This document shows positions 12,765 through 25,381 of a stretch of DNA of 64,000 nucleotides, piece by piece. Each line of letters starts with the position of its first letter. Position 1 is the stretch's first letter. Source of the DNA: Octopus sinensis (lineage: Eukaryota); NCBI RefSeq assembly GCF_006345805.1, contig NC_043020.1, forward strand, positions 7,440,001-7,504,000. Direction: 5' to 3'. Both the position numbers and the translations under genes were made by a program. The notes beneath the pieces were generated by a model. It worked only from the letters and a program-made list of their open reading frames with translations. It made no database searches and had not been told where the DNA came from.

Positions 12765-13228
12765 ATTCTTGACACATTTTGGTGATAAAAAATCTGGTTC
12801 CCTCTGTGGTACTTTTTTGTCTCTGCTGCAACTGCAGTTTTTAAAGGAGTTGCACTTGCAACAGGTGATGTCAAATAAATCTTTTGTTGCATTGCTTGAA
12901 ACAATGGCACTTTTTAATCTATTTTTCATAGATTTTAGAAATGCTTGGTACTTTAGATAAAAGTTTAACATTTTCGGTTTAACTGACTCAATCGTAACAC
13001 AAGGAATGGATGCCTTTTGCCAAAGAAGAATTATTTTTTCTGCTAGAATCTTAGCTATTTGTTTAATTGAAGGATCTTTCTTAACTACATTCTTTTCTTT
13101 TTCTCATTCAAATAAAACACATTTTAGTACATTCATGTAAGTTCGCAAAACTCACTCACTAAGATCACACGGAGCACCAAATATTGGGCATTTAGTATCA
13201 TGATGCATTGTTGGTTTATGAGTCATCA
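12765..13228 (-). pseudogene. DNA-transposon protein N-terminal remnant (WxKASIP ... LFDIxxCKC...CxC...KVP motif)
   Basis: Minus reading ...KIILLWQKASIPCVT...KDLFDITCCKCNSFKNCSCSRDKKVPQREPDFL. I associate this motif with invertebrate DNA-transposon ORFs, but the superfamily is not resolved. Confidence 0.55.
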
Positions 13229-13293
13229 CTAAATGTAAACAACACTAAATTTAACATGATCATTAATTTTAAAGTCAAGGTTTTCTATACTTA

Positions 13294-13329
13294 CAGTTGA
13301 AAAAGTCTCAATGACTGAAACCGGTACTG
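13294..13329 (+). ncRNA. Minimal hammerhead-like motif, U3-A8 covariant core
   Basis: CAG-UUGAAAA-AGUC-ucaau-GACU-GAAAC-CG-GUA-CUG. An identical copy lies at 17459-17494. Confidence 0.6.
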
Positions 13330-13616
13330 AAATGTTTTTTATAAAATTATTTTAAAGTCAAGGTGCAAAGGAGAAACCTTCACATGTACGACGTACATCC
13401 ACATGCAATGACCATTGCAGCAGTACTGGAGAGAAGGTCACAATCCTGTTCTCTTTATAGTCAATATAGAACCTCAAGATATCAGTAAATTGTATTGAAA
13501 CTTGGTATGCAAATTCTTAAGGATACTATATTTATTGTTTTGGATTCTGTTGTGTAGAAATATATATTCATTATGACTTATAATCCATGAAATCCAAAAT
13601 TTAATAAAAAATACTG

Positions 13617-13787
13617 ATTATTTACATTATTTATATTTGACTGATATTTGTCCTCATCTTGTTTGTTGTTAACACAATGTTTCAGCTGGTATACCCTCCA
13701 GCCTTCTTCAGGTGTCTTGGGGAAATTTCGAACCTGGGTTCTCATTCCTAAAGTATTTTTCGATGTTGTTATTATTATTATTATTAT
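13617..13787 (-). mobile_element. Penelope-like pLTR relic with hammerhead-like motif (13672-13715)
   Basis: ACAC-CUGAAGA-A-GGCUGG-aggguaua-CCAGCU-GAAA-CAUU-GUGU. An inverted homologue lies at 63140-63305. Confidence 0.6.
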
Positions 13788-14108
13788 TGAAAGGTGGGTG
13801 AATGTCGCAAGAATGGCCAGTATGAACGGACCAATTCTGAGAATACACCTGTGAAAAAGGAAATCTAAAAGGAGAAAGGGGCTCTCTACCCCACTTTTGA
13901 CCAGGCTCCCGTGGCTTTTATGGGTTTTTTCACGAGTAGCCTTTCGAAGTGCCTTCCCCTATTGGGAGTTTTAATTGTTACTTATATTTTGTTGTTATCC
14001 TGCTTTTGTACACGGACCTTTTTTCAAACGGACAAAACCCTTTGTAACTTTCGTCCTGTGTTTTGGCCCTTTATGTTTTAATTGATTTTTGTTAGCCCTT
14101 AGGAATTA
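13788..14108 (+). mobile_element. Possible 3' end of an L1/Tx1-like LINE inserted in (ATT)n
   Basis: ERWVNVARMASMNGPILRIHL* followed by T-rich UTR-like sequence, with (ATT)n on both sides. Weak assignment. Confidence 0.3.
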
Positions 14109-14524
14109 ATTATTATTATTATTATTATTCATATCGCTGCCCAGAATCGAACTTGGAATCTTGGTGTTAGTAGCCCGTGCTCTTAACCACTATGTCATAT
14201 ACTGATTTTTCAAATTTCCAATTGCATTGCGGAGCCTGAAACAAATATTTAACGGCAAAGTTCTTTACACACCTTTCTTTTAACCATAATTTGCAACAAA
14301 ATATTGATTCTTGGTTACCAATTACGAAAGTTGCATTTTTCACTCCACCCTACTGTACACAGTTTCTCTTCTCTGTGCCAAATCAGTTCGAGGTTTTCAC
14401 TAGGACATTCCATCAGTACTCCTTCTTATCATGAGGGGTCATGGAGTATACTATACTGTGGGTTCTTATTTCTTTGGCTTCACGGTTATCCTTCCGATAG
14501 ATCTCATTATACAGTGTATATCCA

Positions 14525-15281
14525 TATATGTATATATTTGTGTGTGTGTGTGTGTGCATGCATGCTTACATGTATGCATGCTTACATGTATGTATGCAAG
14601 CATGCATGCATACATGCATGTATGTATATATGTATGTATGTATGCATGTATGTATGTATGTATGTATGTATGCATGTATGTATGCATGAATGTATTTATG
14701 TATGTATATATGCATGTATGTATGTATGTATGTATGTATTTATGTATGTATATATGTATGTATGCATATATGTATGTATGTATGTATTTATGTATGTATA
14801 TATGTATGTATATATGTATGTATATATGCATGTATGTATGTATGTATGTACGTATGTATGTGTGTATGTATGTATGTATGTATGTATGTATGTATGCATG
14901 CATGTATATATGCATGTATGTATATGTGCAGATTTGTATGTTTTGTTTTATGTATGTATTCTCATGCATATATTTGCATATCGAGACATGCTCATATATA
15001 TTTAAATGATAAACTTCTAGAAAGTCTTACAGATTTTTACAGTTCCAGTAAAGGATTGGATCTGTAGCCTTCGAATTAGCTTTCTCTTTTCTAGTTTTGA
15101 GAAGATTGGTATTTAGGCAGTGTGTTACATATCCCAGGGCCTCAGTAATTATAGGCATAAACCTGAACTTGCAATCTGGATGGCGTAACTATGCATGTAT
15201 GTATGTATGTATGTATGTATGTATGTATGTATGTATGTATATATATATATGTATGTATGTATGTATGTATGACTGTATATA

Positions 15282-15317
<36 letters not shown>

Positions 15318-15420
15318 TGACTGTATATATATATGTATGTATGTATGTATATATATATGTATGTATGTATGTACGTATGTATGCATTCATGCATGTATGT
15401 ATGTATGTATGTATGTATGT
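14525..15420. repeat. (TATG)n microsatellites
   Basis: Directly visible (14525-14925, 15192-15420). Confidence 0.95.
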
Positions 15421-15852
15421 CATTATTTAGATTTATTTCAAGATTTCTTGCCAATAGAGAAAGAGTTATTCTCTGACCTAGACCCAAGGCTCCTTCATTG
15501 GAATTTCAACATCAAGAATAGGGTATATGTGAGTTTATGTGCAGTATTTGGAATTAGTGTAAATGCAAATTTGTAGATTTTGTTTAATGCATTGTCATGC
15601 ATATAGTTGCATGTCTAGACATGTGCGTATATACTTAAATGCTAAACTTCTGGAAAGTTCTACAAATTTTGACAATTCCATTGATGGCTGGAATCTGTAA
15701 TCTTCCAATTAGTTTTCTTTCTAGTTTTGAGAAGCCTAATTTCTAAAGATTGGTGCTTAAGCAGTGTGTTATATATCCCTGAGCCCCAATAATTACAGGT
15801 ATAAGCCTGAACTTGTAATCTATGTACAGTATATATATAATGTTTCTATGTA

Positions 15853-15884
<32 letters not shown>

Positions 15885-16315
15885 ATGTATCATCATCTTG
15901 CATCATCATCATTTAACGTCCGTTGTCCATGCTGGCATGGGTTGGACAGGTTGACCAGGGCTGGTAAGCTGAAAGGTTGCACCAGACTCCAGTCTGATTT
16001 GGCATGATTTCTATGTGAACCACTCAGAGAGTGTAACGGATGCTTTTATGTGCCACCGACACAGGAGCCAGTTGCATGACATCAGTATTTGCCATAACTA
16101 TGATTTCACTTGGATTGATGGGTCTTCTTCTCAAGCATGGCATATTGCCAAAGGTCTCAGTCATTTGTTGCTGACTCTGTGATGCCCAGGAATCACTTTC
16201 TTATGCTTACAACTGTTTCTGCTATATGTAAGTATGCAGGCAGAGCTGAGTGTTAGTGCAACATCATATAGCTTCCTCAGAGCCATTAATATCACTATGA
16301 CTATGTAGAAATATA

Positions 16316-16353
<38 letters not shown>

Positions 16354-16910
16354 CTCACTCACAAATACACATGTGTATGTGTGTGTATGTATATATATAT
16401 ATACAAGATAAGAAAATGGAGAAATACATCTAAATCAAATATCAATTACCAGATAATACTCAATCACATACTTTATTAAACCACCACATAAGAGACTGTA
16501 GGGTTAAACATAAAAAAGCAGAACAAATCAGTGTACATAAAGGAATGTACATAAAAATGTGTACATAAAAGAGTAATGTTGTATAATAAGTAGAATATAT
16601 ATAAAAAAGAGAATATAAATATAAGTAAATATAAAAATATAAGTATAGATTACATCTTACAGCTGTTTCGGCCATGTAGATAAGTATGTCTCATTTTACC
16701 AATATTAGCCTTATATGGTAGGTCAATATCCCATGGAGGGTTGCATTTACAACCCCTATCTCAATTTGTATATATATATATATATATATTTATATCTGCG
16801 TGTGTGTAGTGTGTGTGTGTGTTATTATTTATTCTTCACCTGACATGGAACCTACCATATGTTTGGATCTGGAGTCTGTAGTCGAAGTGGAATACATGCA
16901 GAGAACTTAC

Positions 16911-17098
16911 CGCAGTATGACTTTGATGACACGCTGTGTATTTCGGTTAGTTCCTTGTAAATGGAAGCATAACTGGAAGGGCAAATTGGCATTTACTTTA
17001 GTATGTATTTGTCCGTTATACATTGTTGGTAAACAGGTAGACTGACTTTGACTCTCCTCTGGTGCTTTTACTATTTAGGTATTTGATTCTTTTGAATC
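16911..17098 (-). CDS. Candidate exon of a minus-strand gene (would contain the start codon)
   Basis: Unique sequence between tttttcAG and CG|GTAAGT. Two internal ATG frames stay open to the donor (MYNGQIHTKV...VIL, phase 2; MPICPSSYAS...SYC, phase 1). Confidence 0.3.
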
Positions 17099-17287
17099 CT
17101 GAAAAATTTATATACATATAGGCACAGGCGTGGCTGTGTGGTAAGAAGCTTGCTTACCAATCACATGGCTCCAGGTTCAGTCCCAATGCATGGCAGCTAG
17201 GGCAAGTGTCTTCTACTATAGTCTCAGGCCGATTAAAGCTTTGTGAGTGAATTTGGTAGATGGAAACTGAAAGAAGCCCATGATATA

Positions 17288-17322
<35 letters not shown>

Positions 17323-17458
17323 CCACAAGAGTAAACAAGAGAGACAGAGACAGGCAGAAACAAGGAAATATGCCACTTGTATTTGAACACTGTGCAAATA
17401 TTCTTTTAAAAAAAACTTTTCTTTCAATTTTTCTAAATTTAACTGTTTTCTATACTTA

Positions 17459-17494
17459 CAGTTGAAAAAGTCTCAATGACTGAAACCGGTACTG
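17459..17494 (+). ncRNA. Minimal hammerhead-like motif, U3-A8 covariant core (second copy)
   Basis: 17445-17519 is identical to 13280-13354. Confidence 0.6.
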
Positions 17495-17561
17495 AAATGT
17501 TTTTTATAAAATTATTTTAGTATTTTCTATCTTGACTTTTTTTCCAAATATATATAGATAC

Positions 17562-17617
<56 letters not shown>

Positions 17618-17889
17618 GTTTTAAATCTCTGAGCAAGAGATATATAGTAACTACCAAATAGTAAAGTTTATTTGCCAACAGAATGTGGCAAGTCCTCACA
17701 ACTCTAGAGATGGGAGCAACGACCTCCCTTGCAAATGCTATAAAAAACACAAATTGAGAGAGATTCACTTAAGGCAATCAATCAATGTTTGTGATATGCA
17801 TCTCAAATACATTGATATTGACGCACACACACACACAGACACAGACACACACACACACATATATACATACATATATACATATACATATA

Positions 17890-17950
17890 CGAGGGTGAGT
17901 CAAAAAGTAATGCCATTTTGTTTAGGACACGTATAATTACCAACACAGGA
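17890..17950 (+). mobile_element. Solo mariner-type terminal repeat fragment
   Basis: TA-CGAGGGTGAGTCAAAAAGTAATGCC. No partner end seen. Confidence 0.45.
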
Positions 17951-19385
17951 ACATGTATCATACATCATCATCATCATTTTCATTGTTTGACGTCTGCTTT
18001 TCATGCTGGCAAGGGTTGGATGGTCTGAAAAAAGCCGGCCAGGCCGAAGCCTGCACCGGACTTCTGTAACTGTTCTGGCAGGATTTTTACAGCTGGATGC
18101 CCTTCCTAACACCAACACATAACCGACACACACAAACACATACACATACAAACACACAAGCGTAGAAACATGCACCAACACACAAATGTGTACTCACTCC
18201 AAAACCAGTACATCCTCTCCACACACACACACACACACACACACCTAGACACTCCACCCATGACTACCCAGTGTTCATGTACTTCTAACACTACATTCAT
18301 ACAACTTGTCAACTTGTCCTGCAACAAGAATTTATTTAAAGGAATTTGGTTTCTATTTCTAGCAAAAACGACCAGCCGTTCGTTGTTCCATTAACAGGTG
18401 CCCACGTGTATGTAAATGTGTATGTGTGCGCGCGCTTGTGTATGCGTGTGTCTGTAGGTATCTGTGTGTTGTATATACGTGTGTGTATATAGGGGTGTGT
18501 ATATAGGGGTGTGTTTATAGTTGGTCTATATACGTTTGTTTAGGAAGTTGGTGCATATACATACATGGCCGACCAAGGCCTTGTGAGTAGATTTGGTAGA
18601 CGGAAACTGAAAAAAAAGCCCGTCGTATATATGTATATATATATATATATATGCATGTGTGTGGTTTGTGTGTCTGTGTTTGTCCCCTTAGCATTGCTTG
18701 AACAAACCGATACTGGTGTGTTTATGTCCCGTTACTTAGCAGTCAGAAAAGAGACCGATAGAATAAGTACTGGCTTACAAAAGAATAAGTCCCCGGGGTC
18801 GAGTTGCTCGATTAAAGGCGGTGCTCCAGCATGGCCGCAGTCAAATGACTGAAACAAGTAAAAGAGTAAAAGAGTAGATGTGTGTGTATGTATATGTGGT
18901 GCATGTCTGTGTGTATGCGTATGTGTTTATGCAAGTAGTTATGTACGTGTGTGTGTGTGTGTGGTGTGTGTGTGTGTGTGTTGTGTGTGTGTGGTGTATG
19001 TGTATGTATGTATACACACACACACATGTATATGTTAGTGAATGTATATCCGTGTGTGAATGTAGGTGAATGTACGACCGTATTTCTGATTTATGTAGGG
19101 GATTAATTATGTATGTTGGTATAGATTTACACACACACACACACACACACGCACACACACATGCACACACGCACGTATACACAGGTACACACGTACATAC
19201 ACACCCACGCGTGTACAAACACACGGTTTTTGTATATTTACATATGCGAGTGCGTGTATATACGACTGCTTGAATCGGTCACGAGAGGAGCAACCTGCGA
19301 AGTCCCAATCAACACAAAATATATTAATTTACCTGTAAAAGATTTGAGTAAATATTAGTTATATATACCTGTCCACCCCGCCCTG

Positions 19386-19487
19386 TATGTATGTATGTAT
19401 GTATGTGTGTGTGTATGTATGTATGTATGCGTGTGTGAATGTATGTATGTATGTGTGTGTGAATGTATGTATGTATGTGTGTGTGTG

Positions 19488-19519
<32 letters not shown>

Positions 19520-19569
19520 TGTATGTGTGTGTATGTGTGTGTGAATGTATGTATGTATGTGTGTGTGTG

Positions 19570-19605
<36 letters not shown>

Positions 19606-19894
19606 TGTATATATGTATGTGTGTATGTATGTATGTATGTATGTGTGTGTGTGTGAATGTATGTATGTATGTATGTGTATGTGTATGTATGTATGTATGT
19701 ATGTATGTATGTATTTATGTATGTTATGTATGTGTGTATGTGTGTGTGTATGTATGTATGTATGTGTGTATGTGTGTATGCATGTATGTATGTATGTATG
19801 TATGTATGTATGCGTGTATGTGTGTATGTATGTATGTATGTATGTATGTGTGTATGTATGTATGTGTGTGTGTATGTATGTATGTATGTATGTA

Positions 19895-19925
<31 letters not shown>

Positions 19926-20002
19926 GTGAATGTGTTTGTGTATGTGTGTGTGTGAATGTATGTATGTATGTATGTGTGAATGTATGTATGTATGTATGTA
20001 TG
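19386..20002. repeat. (TATG)n/(TG)n compound microsatellite
   Basis: Directly visible. Confidence 0.95.
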
Positions 20003-20032
20003 GGTTGTATAAGCGTGTATGTCTCAAATCCG

Positions 20033-20046
20033 GTCGCCATAGCGAC
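20033..20046. promoter_or_regulatory. RFX X-box-like palindrome GTCGCCATAGCGAC in a CpG-rich unique island
   Basis: Resembles the GTTGCCATGGCAAC X-box palindrome. Lies 11.4 kb upstream of the DCDC2-like ATG. Confidence 0.4.
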
Positions 20047-20472
20047 CACGCTGCGGTGGCCTCTGCTGACGGCAATAGACGGGGTGGTGTCGTAGCTATT
20101 CGTGGGTGGTTGGGGTTATGTAGAGGTTATACAATAAGTATGTGGACCGGCACCGGATTAGGCTGTTGTTTCTACACACACACACACACACACCGGGTAG
20201 GTGACTTAAATAAAAATGGACATAAGGGTAGACAATGCAGGTTGACACACGTATATACGCACGTACGTACATAATACATACATGCATACAAAACGTACAT
20301 ACATATATACATACATACGTACATACATATCAACATACATATACGCACCGACGTGTGATATATATATATATTAAATATATATTATTAATAAAGAGCAAAA
20401 TAAAGTATATTATATATATTATCTATATATATATATATATATATTATATTATATATATATATATATTACATA

Positions 20473-20856
20473 CTCTTTTTTTGCTCTTTTACTTGTTTCT
20501 GTCATTTGACCTGCGGCCATGTTGGAGCACTGCCTTTAGTCGAGCAAATCGGCCCTAGGACATATTCTTTGTAAGCCCAGTACTTATTCTATCGGAACCT
20601 TTTGCCGAACCGCGAAGTTACGGGGACGTAAACACACCAGCACCGGTTGTCGAGCGATGTGGGGGGGGGGGGACAAACGCAACACACAAACACATATATT
20701 ACGGGCTTCTTTCAGTTTCCGTCTGCTAAATACACTCAAGGTTTTGGTTGGCCTGAGGCTATAGTAGAAGACACTTACCCAAGGTGCCACGCAGTAAGAC
20801 TGAACCCGGAACCATGTGGTTGGTAAGCAAGCTACCTACCACAAACCACTCCTGCG
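20473..20856 (-). mobile_element. SINE family A
   Basis: Full reverse-complement copy. Confidence 0.9.
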
Positions 20857-20870
20857 GCTACGTATATATG

Positions 20871-20949
<79 letters not shown>

Positions 20950-20958
20950 TATATATAT

Positions 20959-21024
<66 letters not shown>

Positions 21025-21270
21025 GGATGTGCATAGTTAGATAAATATAGATATGTTTCGGCAAAACTCTACGAAGTCATGAGTCAGTGTTGCTTTTCAT
21101 CGGTCGATAGAGCCCAAGACACTCACACATACACACACACACACAGGGCATACTCACCTGTGAATGACGTCATGTACTAATACCGAAACACTAGCATGTT
21201 TATATATATATATATATTTATACATACTGATATCAAAAGTCGGAATACGTGGCGGTCAGTTACTCAATAA

Positions 21271-21482
21271 TTGAAAAATGCATTCAATACTATATAAGGT
21301 ATACGTTGGACAGAGGCAGAAGGACCGTATTTCTTCATCATTTATCGACCGAAAAATATTAAATACCCTGTTTCAGGCCTTTGGGTATTAGTGTATTTCG
21401 GTCGATAAATGACGAAGAATTACGGTTCTTCTGCCTCTGTTGTCCAACGTCTACGTTATGTAGTATTGAATGCATTTTTCAT
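21271..21482. mobile_element. ~210-bp foldback/MITE (arms ~97 bp, short loop)
   Basis: TGAAAAATGCATTCAATACTA...ATTTATCGACCGAAA...AATACCC versus GGGTATT...TTTCGGTCGATAAAT...TAGTATTGAATGCATTTTTCA. Confidence 0.75.
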
Positions 21483-21489
21483 TCACGTG

Positions 21490-21521
<32 letters not shown>

Positions 21522-21550
21522 TGTATGTATGTATGTATGTATGTATGTAT

Positions 21551-21581
<31 letters not shown>

Positions 21582-21636
21582 CACACACACATATATGTGT
21601 ATGTATCTATATATATATATACATATAAATATGTAT

Positions 21637-21669
<33 letters not shown>

Positions 21670-21848
21670 CATACACTTATAGAATATATACATTCATACA
21701 CACACACACACGCATATGTACAGACATACGTGCACACATATATATATTTGCATTTGTGTGTGTGTGTGTGTGTGGTTAGGCATGTATGCATTTTCATGTG
21801 CACACATATCTCTGTGTGTGTGTGTGTGTGTGTGTGCGCGCGCCCGCG

Positions 21849-22005
21849 CAATAGAGTAACTAGAGAGTCCGAGGCGCAGGGGAAATCCGCCCCGGGCAGC
21901 ACTACTTTTGGGTCTGGTGTAAGCAATAAGTACCTTTTGTGGAGGGCCCGGGTGCAACAAACGGAAGGGCCGCTCCGGGAGTCCCACACTCTAACTACGC
22001 TAGTT
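21849..22005. mobile_element. GC-rich hAT-like MITE
   Basis: Degenerate TIRs TAGAGTAACTAGAG / CTCTAACTACGCTA around a GGGCCC-rich interior. Confidence 0.45.
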
Positions 22006-22389
22006 TGAGCACGTGTGTGCTACCTTAAGAAATGCCGGACAAAATGTTTTACAAAATTTCTTGCGGCTCCATACGTTCAGAGATCTAACCCCAGTAGATT
22101 CGGCTTTGTCTTTCAATCCCTTTAAGGGTCGATAAAATACAATACCACTGAAATACCGGATTCCATGGTATCGATGGAAACCCCCGCACCTCCTTTTCAA
22201 AATCGCTGCCCTTGTGCCTAAATCAGGAACCATTGTCACTAATCGCCTAATCGATTATTTTCTCAATCGATCTGCAAGATCAATAATTCTGTCGATCCCT
22301 TTCGTCAGCAATGATTCCCTCACCCACCTTTATTGACACAGAATTCAAATCTCTGTCTGTCTGTCTTTCTCCCCACTCTGTCTCATTCC

Positions 22390-22453
<64 letters not shown>

Positions 22454-22464
22454 CATATATATAT

Positions 22465-22680
22465 AGATCGCCATGTTGATTCGCTAGCTTCTTCACGCAT
22501 TTTTTTTCTCTCCTTGTTTCTCTCCGTGTTTCTTTTCTGTGTATCTTTCTGTTGAAGAGCGTAGGCTCGAACGTAAAAGACTTGTTTTATTGATATTCCT
22601 GAGCGCCATACTAATACAATTGTTTGTTTGTATTCCACCTGCCTTCGTCTTTTGTTTATTTTCATAAAGCTTCCCGTTTA
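22465..22680 (+). mobile_element. Penelope-like pLTR relic with hammerhead-like motif (22545-22579)
   Basis: CUUU-CUGUUGA-A-GAGC-guag-GCUC-GAA-CGUA-AAAG, with one core A deleted. Embedded in (TA)n. Confidence 0.55.
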
Positions 22681-22689
22681 TATCTATAG

Positions 22690-22735
<46 letters not shown>

Positions 22736-24013
22736 AATTATATTATATTCCAAAAATACCATAGTAGATGATTTATTTTGCTCTTTGAGCAGGTGTCACT
22801 GCGTGGTAAGAAGTTTGCTTGCCAGCCACATGGTTCCGGGTTCAATCCCACTGCATGGTACCTGAGGCAAGCATTTTCTTCTATATCCTCTGACTAATCA
22901 AAACCTTGTGAGTGGATTTGGTAGATGGAAACTGAAAGAAGCCCTACGTGTGCATTGCTGTCTGTACACACACACACACACATACACAAGCGCAGTGCTT
23001 CCCAACCACATGGTTCCGGGTTCAGTTCCACTGCGTGGCACCTTGGGCAAGTGTCTTCTACTATAGCCTCGGGCCGACCAAAGCCTTGTGAGTGGATTTG
23101 ATAGACGGAAACTGAAAGAAGCCCATCATATATATGTGTGTGTATGTGTGTGTGTGTGTGTGTGGTGTGTGTGTGTGTGTGTATCTACGTCTGTGTCTGT
23201 ATACTTGACCACTCGTGCTGGTTAACGTGCCAGTAGTAATAGTAAAAGAGACTAACACAAAATAATGTCCTTGGGTCAATTCGTTCGACCAACACCCTTC
23301 ACGGCCAGGCTCCAGCCTGACCGCGCTCGAATAACTGGAACATATAAAAAATGAAAGATACATACATTTATTACATACATACGTGTGTGTGTGTGTGTGT
23401 GTGTTGTGTGTGTATACATACATACACTGTAGAATAAGAAAGAGAAAATCCTTGGTACAGTATCATGTATTTCAAAAAAATGAATAGAAATGGCTTTTCT
23501 GATCATTTCCCCACTTTCTAATAATCGAAGCTTTTTCTCAGGAAACTCGCCGATTTGCAACAAAACCACCGCCAGAGTTGATCGTTTCGATACTAAAGGA
23601 CATAACTCTCAACTTAATCCCTTGCTCGATTCGTTTCTTGTTTTTCACAGCAACCACAAACCGGATGTGCCTATTCACCCCCCAACAATAGAAAGCAAAC
23701 GCCATACTTCATTCCTCAATGGTTACCTCTGAAGCGTGCAGGGTTACATAATCGGACTGTTACCTAACACTCCGTTGAACCTCTGGTGCGAAACCGGTTG
23801 GTAAGATCGGCTGTAATGGATATATAATACGGTACACTTCGATTAGTATATATATAAATATAATATGTATATTTTACTGCTAATACTCACATCCTCCAAC
23901 CACCCAACTTATAACGAAAATTACACCGTTATGTTTTGAAAATTAGCCACCCAATCAAATTTAAATTCATATTCGTTGAATTGAATTATATTATAGCATA
24001 TTATATTACATGT

Positions 24014-24246
24014 ACCTATTTCTTTACTACCCACAAGGGGCTAAACAGAGAGGTCAAACAAGGACAGACAAACGGATTAAGTCGATTATATCGACCCCGG
24101 TGCTTAATTGGTACTTATTTAATCGACCCCGAAAGGATGAAAGGCAAAGTCGACCTCGGCGGAATTTGAACTCAGAACGTAACGGCAGACAAAATACTGC
24201 TATGCATTTCGCCTGGCGTGCTAACGTTTCTGCCAGCTCGCCGCCT
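24014..24246 (-). mobile_element. tRNA-headed SINE family B
   Basis: Reverse complement of 31768-31998. Confidence 0.9.
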
Positions 24247-24693
24247 TACATTACATGTACCACCACGATTTTAATTCAGTATTCATCACAGTTATCCGAG
24301 AAGCGGGAACGTGAAACTCTGAGTGACAGTTTTGTGAAGATTTTGAACCTTTAATAAAAGGTATTCGAGTAATATCCTTTTTCCTTCTTGTTTTGCATTT
24401 ACGTGCTTACTTCTGTGTGTGTGTAGTTACAATATCGATTTTCTGGAATCTCACGTTTCAATGTCTTTCCAGATAACTAATTTTTCTTAACCAGGGACTG
24501 TCACGTTAGTCAACACACCCTAAATAAGCAAATATTTAACTTACTTAAATAACTAAATGAAATACAGGAAGCTGTATATTAGTCTAAATTAGTGCAGATC
24601 ATAAGAGGTTCCATACATTAGGTTCGGAAAGGCGTACACTGTAGTGTGTGTATATATATATATATATACACATACAGTGTACACCCTTTCCGG

Positions 24694-24759
<66 letters not shown>

Positions 24760-24945
24760 CATATATACATACATATATATATCTTAGAGGTTTTGGAGAT
24801 GATGTACAGGTATTATATATTAGAAGAAATAAGGTACTCAGAAATCTGGGCGGTCTTATATTTACAGATATTCATTAACAAGTCACATGTTTTTATAAAT
24901 CATATATTAGCGCTTGCATCCACTCTAGTGGATTCTTCAGATTAT

Positions 24946-24982
<37 letters not shown>

Positions 24983-25381
24983 GTAAAAAATTACTGTTGA
25001 TAAAGGCTACGTGACATTCAATTATTAAATAAAAATGAGAAATACACATTAAATATAGGATATCACCAACGAGCGAAAAATACGTAAACGCACAACGAGA
25101 GACAAGTACGGGACAAAATACCAAAAGACGTCTAACTCCTCCTCGGTTGTCGACTGTTTATTACTCCCTGTTTCGTGCTTTTAACAACAAGACAGGAAAA
25201 ATTTCATGAGACGGCAGCATCCAGAAATTTTTAAAATATGAAATTTGTGGAGAGTTAGGGCTTTGAACGAACAAAGGACACCAGAGTGGACGTACGAAAA
25301 CGATCGACGAAGACAGACGTTTAGGGCCGGTTTGGCCAATGAGAGAACCAGAAGATGGAAGATATGAGAATTTTCATTAAT

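Larger units (their letters stand above)
11007..15822 (+). repeat. Unclassified ~400-bp interspersed repeat, 3 copies (11007-11785 interrupted by SINEs, 14925-15180, 15421-15822)
   Basis: Shared GACCTAGAYCCAAGGCTCCTTCATTGGAATTTCAAC and GCAGTGTGTTAYATATCCC...AAYCTGAACTTG blocks, each next to (TATG)n. Confidence 0.7.

Noticed and set aside
14304-20095. Long ORFs rich in MYVC/HTYI (also 26943-27698 and 47946-48983)
   Set aside because: Translations of (TATG)n/(TA)n/(TG)n tracts that happen to lack stops.
24625-24692. 19-bp inverted repeat around (TA)n
   Set aside because: Looks like two outward-facing Tc1-type ends (…GTACACTG-TA / TA-CAGTGTAC…), but the partner ends were not found, so no element could be delimited.
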